Shown here: piece after piece, positions 51,451-63,789 of the stretch | Layout: each line of letters starts with the position of its first letter | How positions within the stretch are numbered: the stretch's first letter is position 1 | Origin: Carcharhinus amblyrhynchos | Lineage: Eukaryota | DNA length: 64,000 nt | NCBI GenBank assembly: GCA_965287045.1 | Contig: OZ336893.1 | Location: 3,286,001-3,350,000, forward strand | Reading direction: 5' to 3' | Made by a program: the position numbers and the translations under genes | The notes under the pieces: model-generated | Database searches by the model: none | Told to the model about the DNA's origin: nothing | The model's input: only the letters and a program-made list of their open reading frames with translations

Positions 51451-51786
51451 ATTGAGCATCATGTGAGCATTCTTACTATCCGTGCTAAGCCTGGAACAGA
51501 GGTGTATGTCTGCAGGGTGTTTGTGTTGGAACAGGTTTTTTTTGTTGTTAAAGTTTATACTACATCCTGGTTGTTTTGTTTTCTTGTTTGCAATTGGTAA
51601 AAGTTATTGTTAATTGTCTTATATATTAATAGTATTCTTAAATAAACTTTATTTGATAAAAGCTCCCTAGTGGGTCATTTGAATTATACCTGGAGCGAAA
51701 CATTTTATGCTTGCCCGTACCAAATTCAAAGTGCAAAATTTGTGACTTTGGCTGACTTCATAAAACAACTTGGGTTATCACACTTT

Positions 51787-51895
51787 GATGTGGAGATGCT
51801 GGCGTTGGACTCGGGTAAGTACAGTAAGAAGTCTCACAACACCAGGTTCAAGTCCAACCTGTTGGACTTTAATCTGGTATTGTGAGACTTCTTAC
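51787..51895. mobile_element. Palindromic Penelope-like element, centre deleted
   Basis: Same unique end and arm sequence; arms meet at gtccaac-ct-gttggac; imperfect TSD tatcacacttt / tataacagttt. Confidence 0.82.
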
Positions 51896-52369
51896 TATAA
51901 CAGTTTGACCAGGGTAATATTGGGGTATTGATGCACAATCAGACCCATCTCCCTGACGCAGGCTCCTCCTTAGTTTAGACTGTCAGTGGGGATCTGTTTT
52001 GTCACTGGTGCCACAGAAGCAGTTCTCACAAGTGTGAAGCCATTGGGTTCCTCGTGCTGAGATCAGACTTACCCAAGTGACTGGGGTTGAGTAGCGCGCT
52101 TGACTGTTGGGATGGGGTTAGGGTTGGGAAGTGGGGGGGAGGGAGTTTCTTGTTACCAGTATATCCTGGCATGACGTGTCCTGTTGCTGTTACGGAACAC
52201 CAACCAGTAAGTTGACATCCTCACAGACAAATGATGGATTTGGTGCTGATTATCAGCATCTAGCATTTACATGTTAGATGGACACTGCTGTATATGCCGC
52301 AGGTTTAACACAGTACAAAGGTGTTCAATGCTTAGATATGTACAAATACTCGCTATGTACAAATAGCTA

Positions 52370-54060
52370 ACAACACCCATGCCCATGCTGTCCAACTACA
52401 ATTTCTTAACCTTCCTACTGCAGCCACTACATCTTGGTGTATCCCCAGCATCTTTAGCTGAGGTGGAGATGGTCTGCTGCCTGCCACGCCCTGTTGTCCG
52501 AGATGACCTTGACAGGTGTCCCCTAGAAGACCGAAAACTGGAAAGCCCGGGCTTGCTTGCAGGCTGCACAAGTGTGGTGGTGCCACTGTCTTGAGCTCTG
52601 TCAATCACAGGAAGAGGGCATTCAGGTGGGTTGGACACCCAAGGTCTCCTGCATGGAAGTGTCTTGGGCTATGCACCAGCTGACCCTCCTCCCTAAGTGT
52701 GCATAATGGTCCCTGGGTTCCACCTTGGGAGAGAAGAGCAGCTGGAGTGAAATCCAGAAGCCCCGTTGTGTTCTGATGCTGGCACTGTGGAAGCCCATAA
52801 GGATCTGATGCCCTGAACCATGGAGTTCATGCCCAGAACAGCCCCCATCATGGAGTGAACATCCTGCACCAAGATTTCCAATGGGGACACCACCCTTGCT
52901 GCGTTGGCTTGGTTGCCTCAGAATGTAAGGACAATCTACTCAGACATAAGGTGATGGGACTCTTGACATTCCGAGGAATACAGCAGACATCCCTTCCTCA
53001 AGGTTCTGTTTCTGCCTTTGCAGCTATAGCAGCTGAAGGCTGACTGAGTTCAGAGGCATAACATCTGACTCGGGCTCTGCAGTGTTGTCACCTCCAGTAG
53101 TCCTCTAAGACCAGGTCCCTGGGATATTCCAGCCTTTGCCTGCTGTGGGTCATCAGAAGTGAGGTGTTCACCAGTTAGTGACCCAGAAGCCTGTCTGCTA
53201 ATAATTTCCATTGAGATGAGTCTTTGCGCTGGTGGAGTATACAGGTGACAGCTGTGAAGGCTGTTCCATTGGAATGTCCAAAAACACATTAGAGTTGCTT
53301 CTGTGGCTGCTGTTCAAATGTCATATTGGTCGAGGGCTTCACCTCACAACTGTTTTTTCCTGCAAGGAAAGAGGGATGGCAGTACATGGCAGGGGCATAA
53401 GGACGGCAGAGATGGATGATTGTGTTGTGGGTCCCCACTTTATTCTCTTGTGCTCCCCTTGCCTTCAGCTGAGAAGGGTTCTCTTCCTCTTCAGTAAGCT
53501 GGAAGACCCTCTCCTCAAATTTCGAGAGGAGTTTTAGTTTGGATATGCTTCCACCCACCTGTACTGATTCTTTTTTGTGAGCCAGCTTGTCCTACATGGA
53601 GAAGAATGGGGAGAGTGTAAACAGGTTACACATCAAGTCAGATGGTAAGAATGCAAGGCATGGGAGCTGAGATGTGATGTGATGAGGAAAGGAGCTGCAG
53701 GGAATCTGAGGAAGCGTGTGGGAGGGTGAGTGGTGGGGCTCTGTGGGGTGGTAGTGGATGTGCGGCAAGTGTGAAAGTGGTGACCATTGAGAAGAGTGAC
53801 TTATCCTGGTTGCACAGATGAGGTGAGTCATTTTATTCCTGTAATAGATGGCTGTCCTCTTGTGTAGGGAGCTGGTGCTTACCAACACAGCCACCACTTC
53901 CCATGCAGCTGGAGGGTCTTTGTCCCACTTGAGGATACAGGGTGTCCTGCCTCTCCTGTACCCCATGCAGCATTCTGATGAGTATTCCTTCAGAAAACCT
54001 CAGGCCAGTCTTCCAGCAGCCATCCTCTTAACTGGACTTGGAACAAGTGTGGGGAGGCGT
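52370..54060 (-). pseudogene. Harbinger Myb/SANT-like DNA-binding protein fossil
   Basis: AWEVVAVLVSTSSLHKRTAIYYRNKMTHL (~53820-53910) resembles the trihelix/Myb W..VA..V....RT..QCRKK..DL motif; convergent with the transposase fossil; 3' extent uncertain. Confidence 0.6.
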
Positions 54061-54199
54061 TTAAATGATTGACCCCCAGATTGAAATGCTGAGGTGATAC
54101 CTGCGCAGGCGAATCAAAGTCAGTTTGCCTAAAAGTTGCCAACAACATCAGCAGATTACTCACTGCTTTCCTTACCCAAAAGGAAACAGCCAAAAAGGG

Positions 54200-55085
54200 G
54201 GAAAACTCCACCTGAAGTCTTTCCTCATGATTCAGTCCTCTGACATTACCATTGCTGAATTACCCACTATCAATATACTGATGGTTACAATCAGCCAGAT
54301 GGAACAACATTATGGTCATTTTGGCTATAAAAGCACACCAGAAGCTGGAACATTTGTCGAGCGTGTAATCCATCTCCTGACTTGAAACTATCCACAATCT
54401 ACAATGCACAAATAAGGAGTGTGATGGAATACTCTCAATTTGCCTGGGTAAGTGCAACTCCAACATTATTCACAAAGTTTAATGCCATCCAGGAGAAAAG
54501 AGCTGCCTGATTGGCAACTATTCCACCAATTGAAATGTTTCTGTCCCTCATCACTGGCATACCGTGGCAGCAATGCGTGCTATCTACTGGCAGTACTGCA
54601 ACAGTTCCCAAGGATTCTTCAAAGGCCTTCAAACCTGCAATCTCTATTAACTAGAAGAACAAAGGATACAGGTGCATGGGAACACCTGAAAATTCCCCGT
54701 CAAGTCACGGGGCGGCACAGTGGTTAGCACTGCTGTCTCACAGCGCCAGGGACCTGGGTTTGATTCCTGGCTTGGGTCACTATCTGTGTGGATTTTGCAT
54801 GTTCTCCCTGTGTCTACGCGGGTTTCCTCCAGGTGCTCTGGTTTCCTCCTACAGTCTGAAAGATGTGCTGGTTAGGCACATTGGCCAAGCTAAATTCTCC
54901 CTCAGTGTACTCAAACAGGCACTGAAGTGTTGTGACCAGGGGAATTTCACAGTAACTTAATTGCAGTATTAATGTAAGCTTCACTTGTGACTAATAAATA
55001 AACTTTACTTTTACTTTACACCATCCTGATTTGGAACTATATTGCAGTTCCTTCACTGTCTCTGGGTTAATATTCTGAAACCCCC
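54200..55085 (+). mobile_element. CR1/L2-clade LINE 3' portion, split by a SINE
   Basis: Homologous to 44650-45160; resumes at ~55018 after the SINE. Confidence 0.75.
54709..55017 (+). mobile_element. V-SINE with non-CR1 tail
   Basis: tRNA head and V-domain as in 48645, but ends tttcacagta...gtgactaataaataaactttacttttacttt. Confidence 0.88.
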
Positions 55086-55764
55086 TCCTCTCCCGGCAGG
55101 ACCATAAACGCGATTCAGCAACGGGCTCACTAAAAAGATAGAAATTCACATTTAAATATTTTAAATATTTCTGGCGAGAGGCTGACCTCATCAGAAATCT
55201 GGCTCTCGTAAAATTGTGAGAGCTGAGAAATTAGGCATGATCCTGATTTCTCGGCTCTCGTGTGATTTTACTGGCTTTAATGGGCAGGGCGAGCCAATAA
55301 AATTCTGCCCATAAAGTCAGCTTCAATGTTTCAGTCTTGCCACTGGCCATGGTCTCAGTCATTGCTGCTCTCATATGGTGACTACCATCTCTTCCATTAA
55401 GGTGAGGATATATGGTTGTTAAGCATTGCTGGCTTTGATTATGCACCACCTTGTTTTGTGAGAGAAAGGGAAGTGTGTCAGTGAGGGTGGTGCAATCTGT
55501 TTAGAGATTGCACGTTGCTTGCATTGCAATACATGGGTGAGATTAGTCATGCATCACAACCCATGCACTCATTTTATCCAATCTTTGTCCATTTAATTTC
55601 ATTAGTGACCCAAAAACAGGACAAAAATGGTGCACAATTTGCTTCGTCCCTTTGTCTATTGCATTCCAATGTAAATTTCCCATGATTGGAATTCCTTTGG
55701 AATTACTGTTTCACTGCTGAGTGCATACATTACAATTAGAAATGCACTGCAAGCTTAGTTGGTA

Positions 55765-56250
55765 AGTCATAGAATCCCTATAGTGCAGATGGAGGCTAGT
55801 CAGTCAATCGAGTTTGTATTGCCAACAATCCCATCCAGGCCCTATCCCCGTAACTCCACATATTGCAACCAAATTGGAAACTAGATGCAGGAGTAGGCCA
55901 TTCAGCCTTTCGAGCCTGCTCTGTCATTCATCATAATCACAGCTGATCATCGCATTAAATATCCTGATTCCCCCTTCCTCCCATATCCCTTGATCCCTTT
56001 AGGCCCAAGAGCTGTATCTAACTTCTTCTTGAAATCAGACAATGTTTTGGCCTCAAGCACATCCGGTGATAGTGAATTCCACACATTCATCACCCTCTGG
56101 GTGAAGAAATTTCTCCTCACCTCAGTACTAAAAGGTTTATCCTCTTATCCTAAAACTATGACACCTAGTTATGGACTCCCAGCCATTGGGAACATTCTTT
56201 CTGAATCCACCTGTCTAACCCTGTTAGAATTTTATAAGTTTCTATGAGGC
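55765..56250 (-). mobile_element. SINE tail plus CR1 3' fragment
   Basis: catagaatccctatagtgcag (HE1-type tail) followed by gcaggagtaggccattcagcc (CR1 end). Confidence 0.7.
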
Positions 56251-56593
56251 TCTAAGAACTCCTATAAATATGCCACTGTAGTGGAGTGACATTCTCAGAT
56301 ATTAACCTCCTTCAGGTTTAAAGGCTTCGCCACAATATTGGATTTCCCTTGCCTTAATGTATGATTCAGACCTTTCCAACCCCATGCCTGGTCTCAGGGC
56401 AGGAGACAAACAACCTCAACTTCCAATCCCTGTTCACCAGCTTGAGCCACATGGGACATACTTGTGCACCAGAGAGCTCCACTGTCAGCCAGCCTTAGCA
56501 CAGGCATTTTTCAAAAATGTTGCTTTCATGGTTATACCTCTGAGGAGTGCAATTGATTTGTAGAGCAGAAGTTTATCATGTGACTGTACATAC

Positions 56594-56765
56594 CTCTCGC
56601 CTCAGGAAGCAGTGGACTGTGATAATAACAAAGCCTTGAATGGAGTCAAAAACAGCAAACAGTATTTGAAACAAAATCGATCTCCTGTCAGTCATTGCCA
56701 GAACTGCTGACATCCAGGTCAGTGCCAGCAATGGCAGAACAACGCACGAGCTCCACAGGGATGCC
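56594..56765 (-). CDS. ADGRB2: ADGRB2 exon encoding TM6-TM7 (172 nt)
   Basis: tctctccctcaag|G GCA TCC...CGA GAG|gtatgt = [57 protein letters not shown], phase 2-0; BAI-family 7TM. Confidence 0.96.
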
Positions 56766-57046
56766 CTTGAGGGAGAGAGAAGAACGGTAGTCTTAATTAA
56801 AATGGTAAATGTGATCAATTATATTCAGTATAGACAGTCACCAGCTCACAGTTTAGAAGAGTGAGATTTGAATTCTGTGCCCAAAGTTTTTTTGAGATGT
56901 AGTGTTAAGTTCTTAACTTAAACAGCAAATCAAACTGGACTTTCAAACTGGGATTCTCACAGGGTAGCAGTTCTGCAAGATGATTCAAGAGGTCACTGAG
57001 ATCATCAGAGTGCTGTATATGCTGACTTTCTAGTTCATTTTTTTCT

Positions 57047-57326
57047 GGCAGCACTGTGGCACTGTGGTTAGCACTGCTGCCTCATAACGGTGACCGGATT
57101 CAACTCTAGCCTTGGGTGACTGTCTGTGTGGAATTTGCATTTTCGCTCTGTGTCTGCATGGGTTTCCTCTGGTGTCCCAGTTTCGTCCCACAGTCCAAAG
57201 GTGTAGTGGATTAACCTTAGCAAATGCTTGGGGTTAAGTGGATAGAATGTGGGAAAAATGCTCTTTCAGAGACTCAGTGCAGACTTGATTGGCTGAAAGG
57301 CCTTTTCCTGCACTGTAAGGATTCTA
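57047..57326 (+). mobile_element. HE1-type V-SINE
   Basis: tRNA head, V-domain and CR1 tail as in 48645. Confidence 0.85.
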
Positions 57327-57432
57327 ATATTTTCTGCAATAATTATCCTTCAAGTTGTTGATGCAGTCTTTCAGAAACTGGCATGTCCCCTACTCACATT
57401 GTAAGATTGTGACTGTATTTCCTCAGTAATAT

Positions 57433-57568
57433 GGGGCAGGATTCTAAGGCTGTTCATGCCAGTGAGATTCTCCCATCCTGCTGCAGTGAACAGAGATTTA
57501 GCTGAGCACCAAATTCTCCGTACTCTCTGGCAATGGCAGCTGGCATGAATGGCTGTAGAATTCTGGTC
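57433..57568. mobile_element. Small Harbinger-type MITE
   Basis: ggggcaggattcta ... tagaattctggtc TIRs; homologous to 26765-26953. Confidence 0.62.
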
Positions 57569-57699
57569 ATATTGTCATTTGTTGGTTCCTGAGAGCATGT
57601 CAATACTATAGGTGTCTCATTATTAGGATATTTCATTATTTCCAATGATTCCTTCAGCTTTGTCAATGTTACCAGATTTCCAGTGGTGTGACAATATTA

Positions 57700-57820
57700 A
57701 CAGAGGTCCCTCACAGTGTAAATAATGGCAGGAGGTCCCTGGACAGTCTGTTGCCAGAGGGTTCCTGAGAATGTTACTATTCAGACAGAGACCTGAGAAT
57801 GTGCTGTTATATGCAGGAAG
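57700..57820 (+). repeat. Degenerate ~27-30 bp tandem repeat
   Basis: Recurring agaggtccct..acagt / cctgagaatgt units. Confidence 0.45.
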
Positions 57821-58409
57821 TATATAGAGATGATTTCAGAACCACTTAAGCAATTTAGGACTGTGCACTAATCATTGAACTTTCCCGCTAACTAAAACAG
57901 CCTATTTTCACTTCCACAAAAATGTCCCCTTCTACCCTGCCCAATACCTCCTTATTGTGGTTCGCTGATATATTTTGTTTGATAATACATCTCTGAAGTG
58001 TCCTGGAATATTTTACTATGTCAAAGACATCAGATAAATACAAGTTGTTGATTTCTAAAGCTCCATGATGTCAGGGCATTTGTTTCTCACAGATCAGGTC
58101 TCTTAACAACCTCACTCTAATTATATACTTGCTTCAGCCAGTTTTCATGGTTTAATTTGAAGTGTTGTGAAGACTAAACTGTAATGCTCACAGCTGTGCA
58201 GTGTAAAGGCAATAAGCTGCCAATATGGTAAGCTTCTCTGTAAATGCCTTTTGAATGATCTTTAGAACTCTGACTTGCTCCAAAACTTCCTCTAGTGCAG
58301 TAGATATCTGGTTACCCAGACCAGTGGATATGTATCTGGTTTCATGGATAAGGATATATTGCAGAGTATTCTGGCCCTGGGGCCAATTACTGATGTATCA
58401 TTGTGTTAA

Positions 58410-58955
58410 GTGCCAGTTTGGTTCAGTAGGCAGAGCTCTGAAATTTGATTTGAAATGTCATGGGCCAGAATTTTTCAGCCCCATTGTGGTGAGGATGAGA
58501 CCTGAAAATGCAGCGAGCTGTTCAAAAATCTGTTGACTTTGGCAAGACTGGAAAATCCCACTCACAGGAAGGGCCATAAAGTGCAGCTCATGGGTTTAAA
58601 TCCCACTACACAGCTTAAGTCCATAATGTAGGCTGACAACTCAGTGCAGTATGGTGACAGTACTGCATTATCAAAACTGCTTCTTTCAAATTAGAATGTT
58701 TTCTGTCTGCCCAGATGGACATATACTACCCTCTGGCACTAAAGAGTAGGGAGTTATGCTGGTGTGTTGTCTAACATTCCTTCCACAATCAGTGTCATCA
58801 GAGTAAATTTAACTGATAATTTAACCATTTGCTTTTGTGTGACTTTACGCACAACTGGCAAAGTTACTTATATAAAAATGAGTACAATTCAAAAACAATA
58901 CTTTGGTTCTGAAGTGCAGTGGGATATTCTGTGGACACAATAAGGAGCTATATAA
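58410..58955 (+). mobile_element. SacSINE1/Deu-domain SINE with a small MITE inserted at ~58461-58590
   Basis: tRNA-like head at 58410-58460 resumes at catgggtttaaatccc (~58590); insert begins gggccagaattttt. Confidence 0.6.
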
Positions 58956-59274
58956 ATTATTTCTACGCATGTGGAATCAGCAAGATTGCATTTACGTTAC
59001 TGTTTGCAACTAGAATTATATGAAAGCAGTAGTTCTAAGAATTATTGCAGAATTGTTAGAAATAACAGTTTTGGAAGAAACGCTAAAGCAATAATTCTTA
59101 GTCCCAAGTTTACAAAAATCTGTAGCCATGGTAGGAGATAACAAAGACTCAAGCCAATTATCCATTGCTATCCAGAAGGATGTTAGCTATGTCACAAGCC
59201 TTCATGTACGTATTCCTGTGCCAGGTAAGATGAAGCGTCATGCCCTCTTAATAATGTTATACAAGAGAAGCAAT

Positions 59275-59631
59275 GGAGTAGTGTAATGGTCTAGTAGAGC
59301 AGAGGTCCTGTCTAATGCTTTGGAGATACAGGTTCAAATTCCACCATGGAAGCTTGTAGAATTTTAATTCAATAAATTCCGGATCATAAGACTGGTCTCT
59401 GTGAGGGTGACGATGAAACTATCATTGGCTCGTAGAAAAAACATCTGGTTCACCAATGCCCCTTTAAAGAAGAAAATTGCCATCCTCATCTGCTCTAGTC
59501 TACGTGACTTCAGATCTGCAGTAATGTGGTTGACTCTAAACTGGCTTCTGAAATAACCCAGCAAGCCACTCGGTTCAAGGGCAATTAGGGATGGACAACA
59601 AATGTTGTCCTTGCCTGTGACACTCACATCC
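59275..59631 (+). mobile_element. tRNA-headed SINE built from LINE 5' end + LINE 3' end
   Basis: B-box ggttcaaattcc; body matches 37080-37341; tail matches 45217-45273. Confidence 0.78.
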
Positions 59632-60049
59632 AGGAGCAAGCTGAGGCTGGAAAAAGAAAGGTATATACAAGGATACTTGTATATTGTATATACTTGTCTG
59701 TTGCTTAGTAATTGGAGATTTGGTGAGAAAATGTGGTTTAATGACTGATTAGTTTGAGAGGTCCACAAGCCCTCTGTAAACAAAGTATTGGGTAGTCAAA
59801 AAGAAAAAAAACACTTTGGGCAGAAGCCTGAAATGGATCTATGCTGGCTCCAGTTTAACGTTCTACTCTCAAGAGAACAGGAGAGACTGACACTATCACC
59901 CTGCTTCATTTGCCCTTGCATCTGATTTGGAACTGGTAAACCATCTCATCTATTATAGGTTCTATGTCTTTCCTGTCTATTAAACTGATGGTTCTTAATA
60001 AATGGCTTTAAACCACCACTTGTGACTTCAATCCCCTTTTTAGTAGTGT

Positions 60050-60830
60050 GCAACTCTTGGATTAGTGTTCAATGGAAAGAAGTGTGAGGTGATTCATTTT
60101 GGCAGGAAGAATATGGAGAGGCTGTAGAAAATAAACTAAAACAAATAGTAGGGTGGCACAGTGGTTAGTATTGTTGCCTCACAGCACCCAGGCCCATGTT
60201 CAATTCCAGCCTTGGATGACTGTCTGTGTGGAGTTTGCATGTTCTCCCTCCATCTGTGTGGGTTTCCTCCAGGTACTCCAGTTTCCTCCCACAATCTAAA
60301 AATGTGCAGATTAGGTGGATTAGCTATGCTAAATCCCAAAATGGGTAAATTTGGGGGATTAGTAGGGTAAATATGTGGGGTTATGGAAAGGGCCTGGATG
60401 GGATCCTCTGTTGCTGCAGACTTGATGCCTGCATGGTCTCCTTCTGCATTGTAGGAATTTTGTGATTCTAGAGGTGGTGCAGGAACAAAAGGATCTTAGT
60501 GTATACGGACTGGTGTAATTGAAGATGGCTGAGCAGTTGGAGAGAGCTTAGATTTTATTAATAAGGGCATTCAGTACAAGAGCAAGAAGTTATGTTGAAC
60601 TCATATGAGACACTAGTCAAATTTCATGTGGACTTCTGCATCTAATTACAGTGCCATACTTGAGGAAGGATGTGAAGGTACTGGATAGAGTGCAGAGGAC
60701 ATTCACAAGAATGATTCCAGGGCTAAAGAATTGTAGCTATGAGGATAGATTGGAGAGGTTGGGAATGTTTTCCTTGGAGGAAAGAAAGCTGTGAGGAGAC
60801 TTGATAGAGGGATTCAAGATCCTGAAGGGA
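60050..60830 (+). mobile_element. Old CR1 fragment with HE1-type V-SINE inserted at 60151-60470
   Basis: KCEVIHFGRKN before the SINE and VQEQKDL after it; SINE has head, V-domain and tail. Confidence 0.8.
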
Positions 60831-62239
60831 TCATTCAGCCTCTTAATGAAGCTTTGAGAAATGCACATGTGCAGAATTTCTGTTTGTCTGTCACAAAGTT
60901 CACACTTTTCTCATAGAAACACTCACCTTACTCAAATCCAAAAAGGAGAGGAGCAGATTGGCAGAACCAATGCTTTGGTAATGCTGGTGTTTGTGGTATA
61001 CTGCTGAAATTTAGCCAGCTAAAATTGCACAGATGTAGCACTACAGAGCATGTTTCTTGTCCAAGTTGACACTGGTTTGCAGATTTACCTGAGTAATAAG
61101 TCCATTCCTCCCAAATGCAGCAGTGTTAGACCAGCTGATCAATGATTTACAGTGCTTGGCTTAGTTATCAGATTATCAAGTCTATCATAACAGTTGTTTT
61201 AGTTTAAATTTCAATCACTGAAAGTGTCATCTTGACACTACACTAATTCCAAGAAATACCTTAGCTTCCTTGCCTCTCACTCAGTGGATATCACTAGGCA
61301 ATAGCCAATTGTGGATTTGAGCCCCAGATAGGAGGACTAAAGTCTCCTCAGAGCAAACATAATAGTAGAACTCACCATTAAAAATAAATCCAGAAACATT
61401 GTCCATCTGACATCAACATGAAAAAACATGATCCTACTTCAGCTATGTGATGGATATTTGTCTTCAGTGAGGTGAGACAACCAATCCATGAACTTGCATC
61501 ATGCGAGATATGATGACTCCTTTTATGCTTTATGATTCTATACCCTATTTCAGTGCTGTACACTATCCTTCTATTTTATGATGAATTGGGTAGGGTAGTT
61601 TTCTTTTCTTTAAAAAAGATTTGCCTCACAGAACATTTCCAGGACAGCGAAAATGATCCAGACGTAAGTGAAAAACAAGATCTCACCAGTGAGATTCTTA
61701 TCTTCCGAATCTCATGATGTTTTGCATCCGCATTCGCTTCGAGCTCAAATGGCATATGTAGGCGCAGTATTGCAGTCTTTACTTCTCCATACCAGACAGC
61801 CACATCCAAGCCTGAAGCGAAGCCTGTGGTGTTCTACTTTAAGCTATCTCCTGAAGGTTTAGATTTGGAAGAGCATCTATCCTATAAACGTTCCCTCACT
61901 GAGGCCTCTAAGAGACTTGTAATTTCTGGTCTGTAAAGCTGTCTTTTCTCAATCACTAACACCCAATTTCACAGCAGTTTTAAGAAGTAAGGAGAAGGCT
62001 TACATCTATGTAACAATGTTCACAATCTTGAGATGTCCCAGAGTGGATTACAGCCAATTAAGTACTTTTAAAGTGTAATCACTGTTATCCTGAAGAACAT
62101 TTTGCATAATAAACTGGAGGCTTTTTCAGGTATTTTAACAGTTTATCTCTTGACAATTCAAAAGATTGAAAGTATTTCAATTTCAATAGCTAGCTTTGTG
62201 TTGGAGATGGCCCACATTTACATTAAATCTAGAACAGTT

Positions 62240-62515
62240 AGCCTCAGGACAAGGGGTTCATAATTTAAGACTCATTATAAAAAATTTCTTCATGCAAAGG
62301 GTTGAGTATCTTTGGAATTATCTACTGCAGGAATTTGTAGATGCTCCTTCACTTACTATATTTAAGGCTGTGATAGATTTTTGATCTCTCAGGGGAATGA
62401 AAGAATAGTGAGTGGGAAAGAGAAGTTGAGGCAGAAGATCAGCTATTGTCATAATGAATGGAAGGACAGGTGTGAGGGCACATATGGTCAACTCCTGATC
62501 CTATTTCTTATGTTC
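62240..62515 (+). mobile_element. Old CR1 3' end
   Basis: NFFMQRVEYLWNYL...FKAVID; cctatttcttatgttct tail. Confidence 0.75.
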
Positions 62516-63416
62516 TGAAAACTGGGCACAGAAATTGGTGCACCAGATTTGCATTGATTCCAGTTTTCTAAATCAACAGCTAATCCACTGAACCACAGAA
62601 ATCCCCTCAAATGCAACTTCAAATTGTACTTGTCTGATAAAACTAGAAACAGAAAACAATGTGATTTATGCAAGTGCACCTTATCAGTACATTTTACAAC
62701 ATTGATAAAGAAGTGCAATAGAAAGCTGTGGAGAGCACTTTTCATTGGAGCTGAAACATACAATGATATATCTTGCATTGTTAATCACAAACTGCTGTAG
62801 AAATATCATCTCATACAGACTTACAGAATAAAGATCCAGTATCCCTTTGAGGTGGGTCTGCACCAGTCTGTGCTTTAGATACACTGAGAATCATGAAGTA
62901 ATATATTTAATAAAAGCCTTAAACAACTCATTTGCCTGCCTCTCTTAAGCAACAGGTAAAATACATGTATCTTTTTAAGTCAGGCATATCTGACTTCAAA
63001 ATAAAACATTTTTTTTTCCAAAAAAAATCAAAGGTACAAACATATAGTTGAAAACACAGAGGTTTTGTCAAAATTTTTTTTTACAGTACTGAGGGAAGTG
63101 ATTATTTGAATTATGAGACTCAAAAATATGGCTAACATAACACACAAGGGAAAGGGAACAATATATTACTCAGGCCAAAGGAAAGCGACTGGTTCATTAA
63201 TGGAAAGATGGAAAAGTAAATGATTCATACATCAGGACGAGAAAAGGTAATCATTCAATGCAGAGAACAAGGAAAGGCTACTGATTTAACACTGAGGATA
63301 AGGAAAAGTGATTTGATTTAATCACAGGGCATCCTCACTGGAGGTGGTGGTACAATGGCACACAGTCAGAAAGGATTGGTCCTGCGAGCCCTTAACATTG
63401 ATTCTGGACCCAAAGA

Positions 63417-63789
63417 AATCATAAAATCCCTACAGTGCAAAAAGAGTCCATTCAGCCCATTTAGTTTGCCCTGACTCTCCAACAAAGCATCCCATCCCAG
63501 GCCCTATCCCTGTAATCCTACTTATATATCCCATTAATTCCCCCAACCTACACATCTTGGGGCATTAAGTGACAATTTAGCATGGTCAATCTCCCTAATC
63601 CTCACACCTTTCGACATTAAGGGGTAATTTAGCATGCTCAATCTACCTAACCTGTACATTTTGGGACTGTGGGAGGAAACTGGAACAGCTGGAGGAAACC
63701 CATGCAGACACAGGGAGAACTCAAGGCCAGAACTGAACTTGGGTCTATGGCACTGTGAGGCAGCAGAACTAGCCATTGTGCCGCCATGC
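63417..63789 (-). mobile_element. HE1-type V-SINE
   Basis: Reverse-complement head, V-domain and tail; small internal duplication (aatttagcatg.tcaatct). Confidence 0.82.

Noticed and set aside
51480-51775. Possible solo-LTR fragments here and at 13600-13800 and 34110-34242
   Set aside because: Only AATAAA and a CA-like end are visible; no paired LTR, PBS or TSD to support a call.
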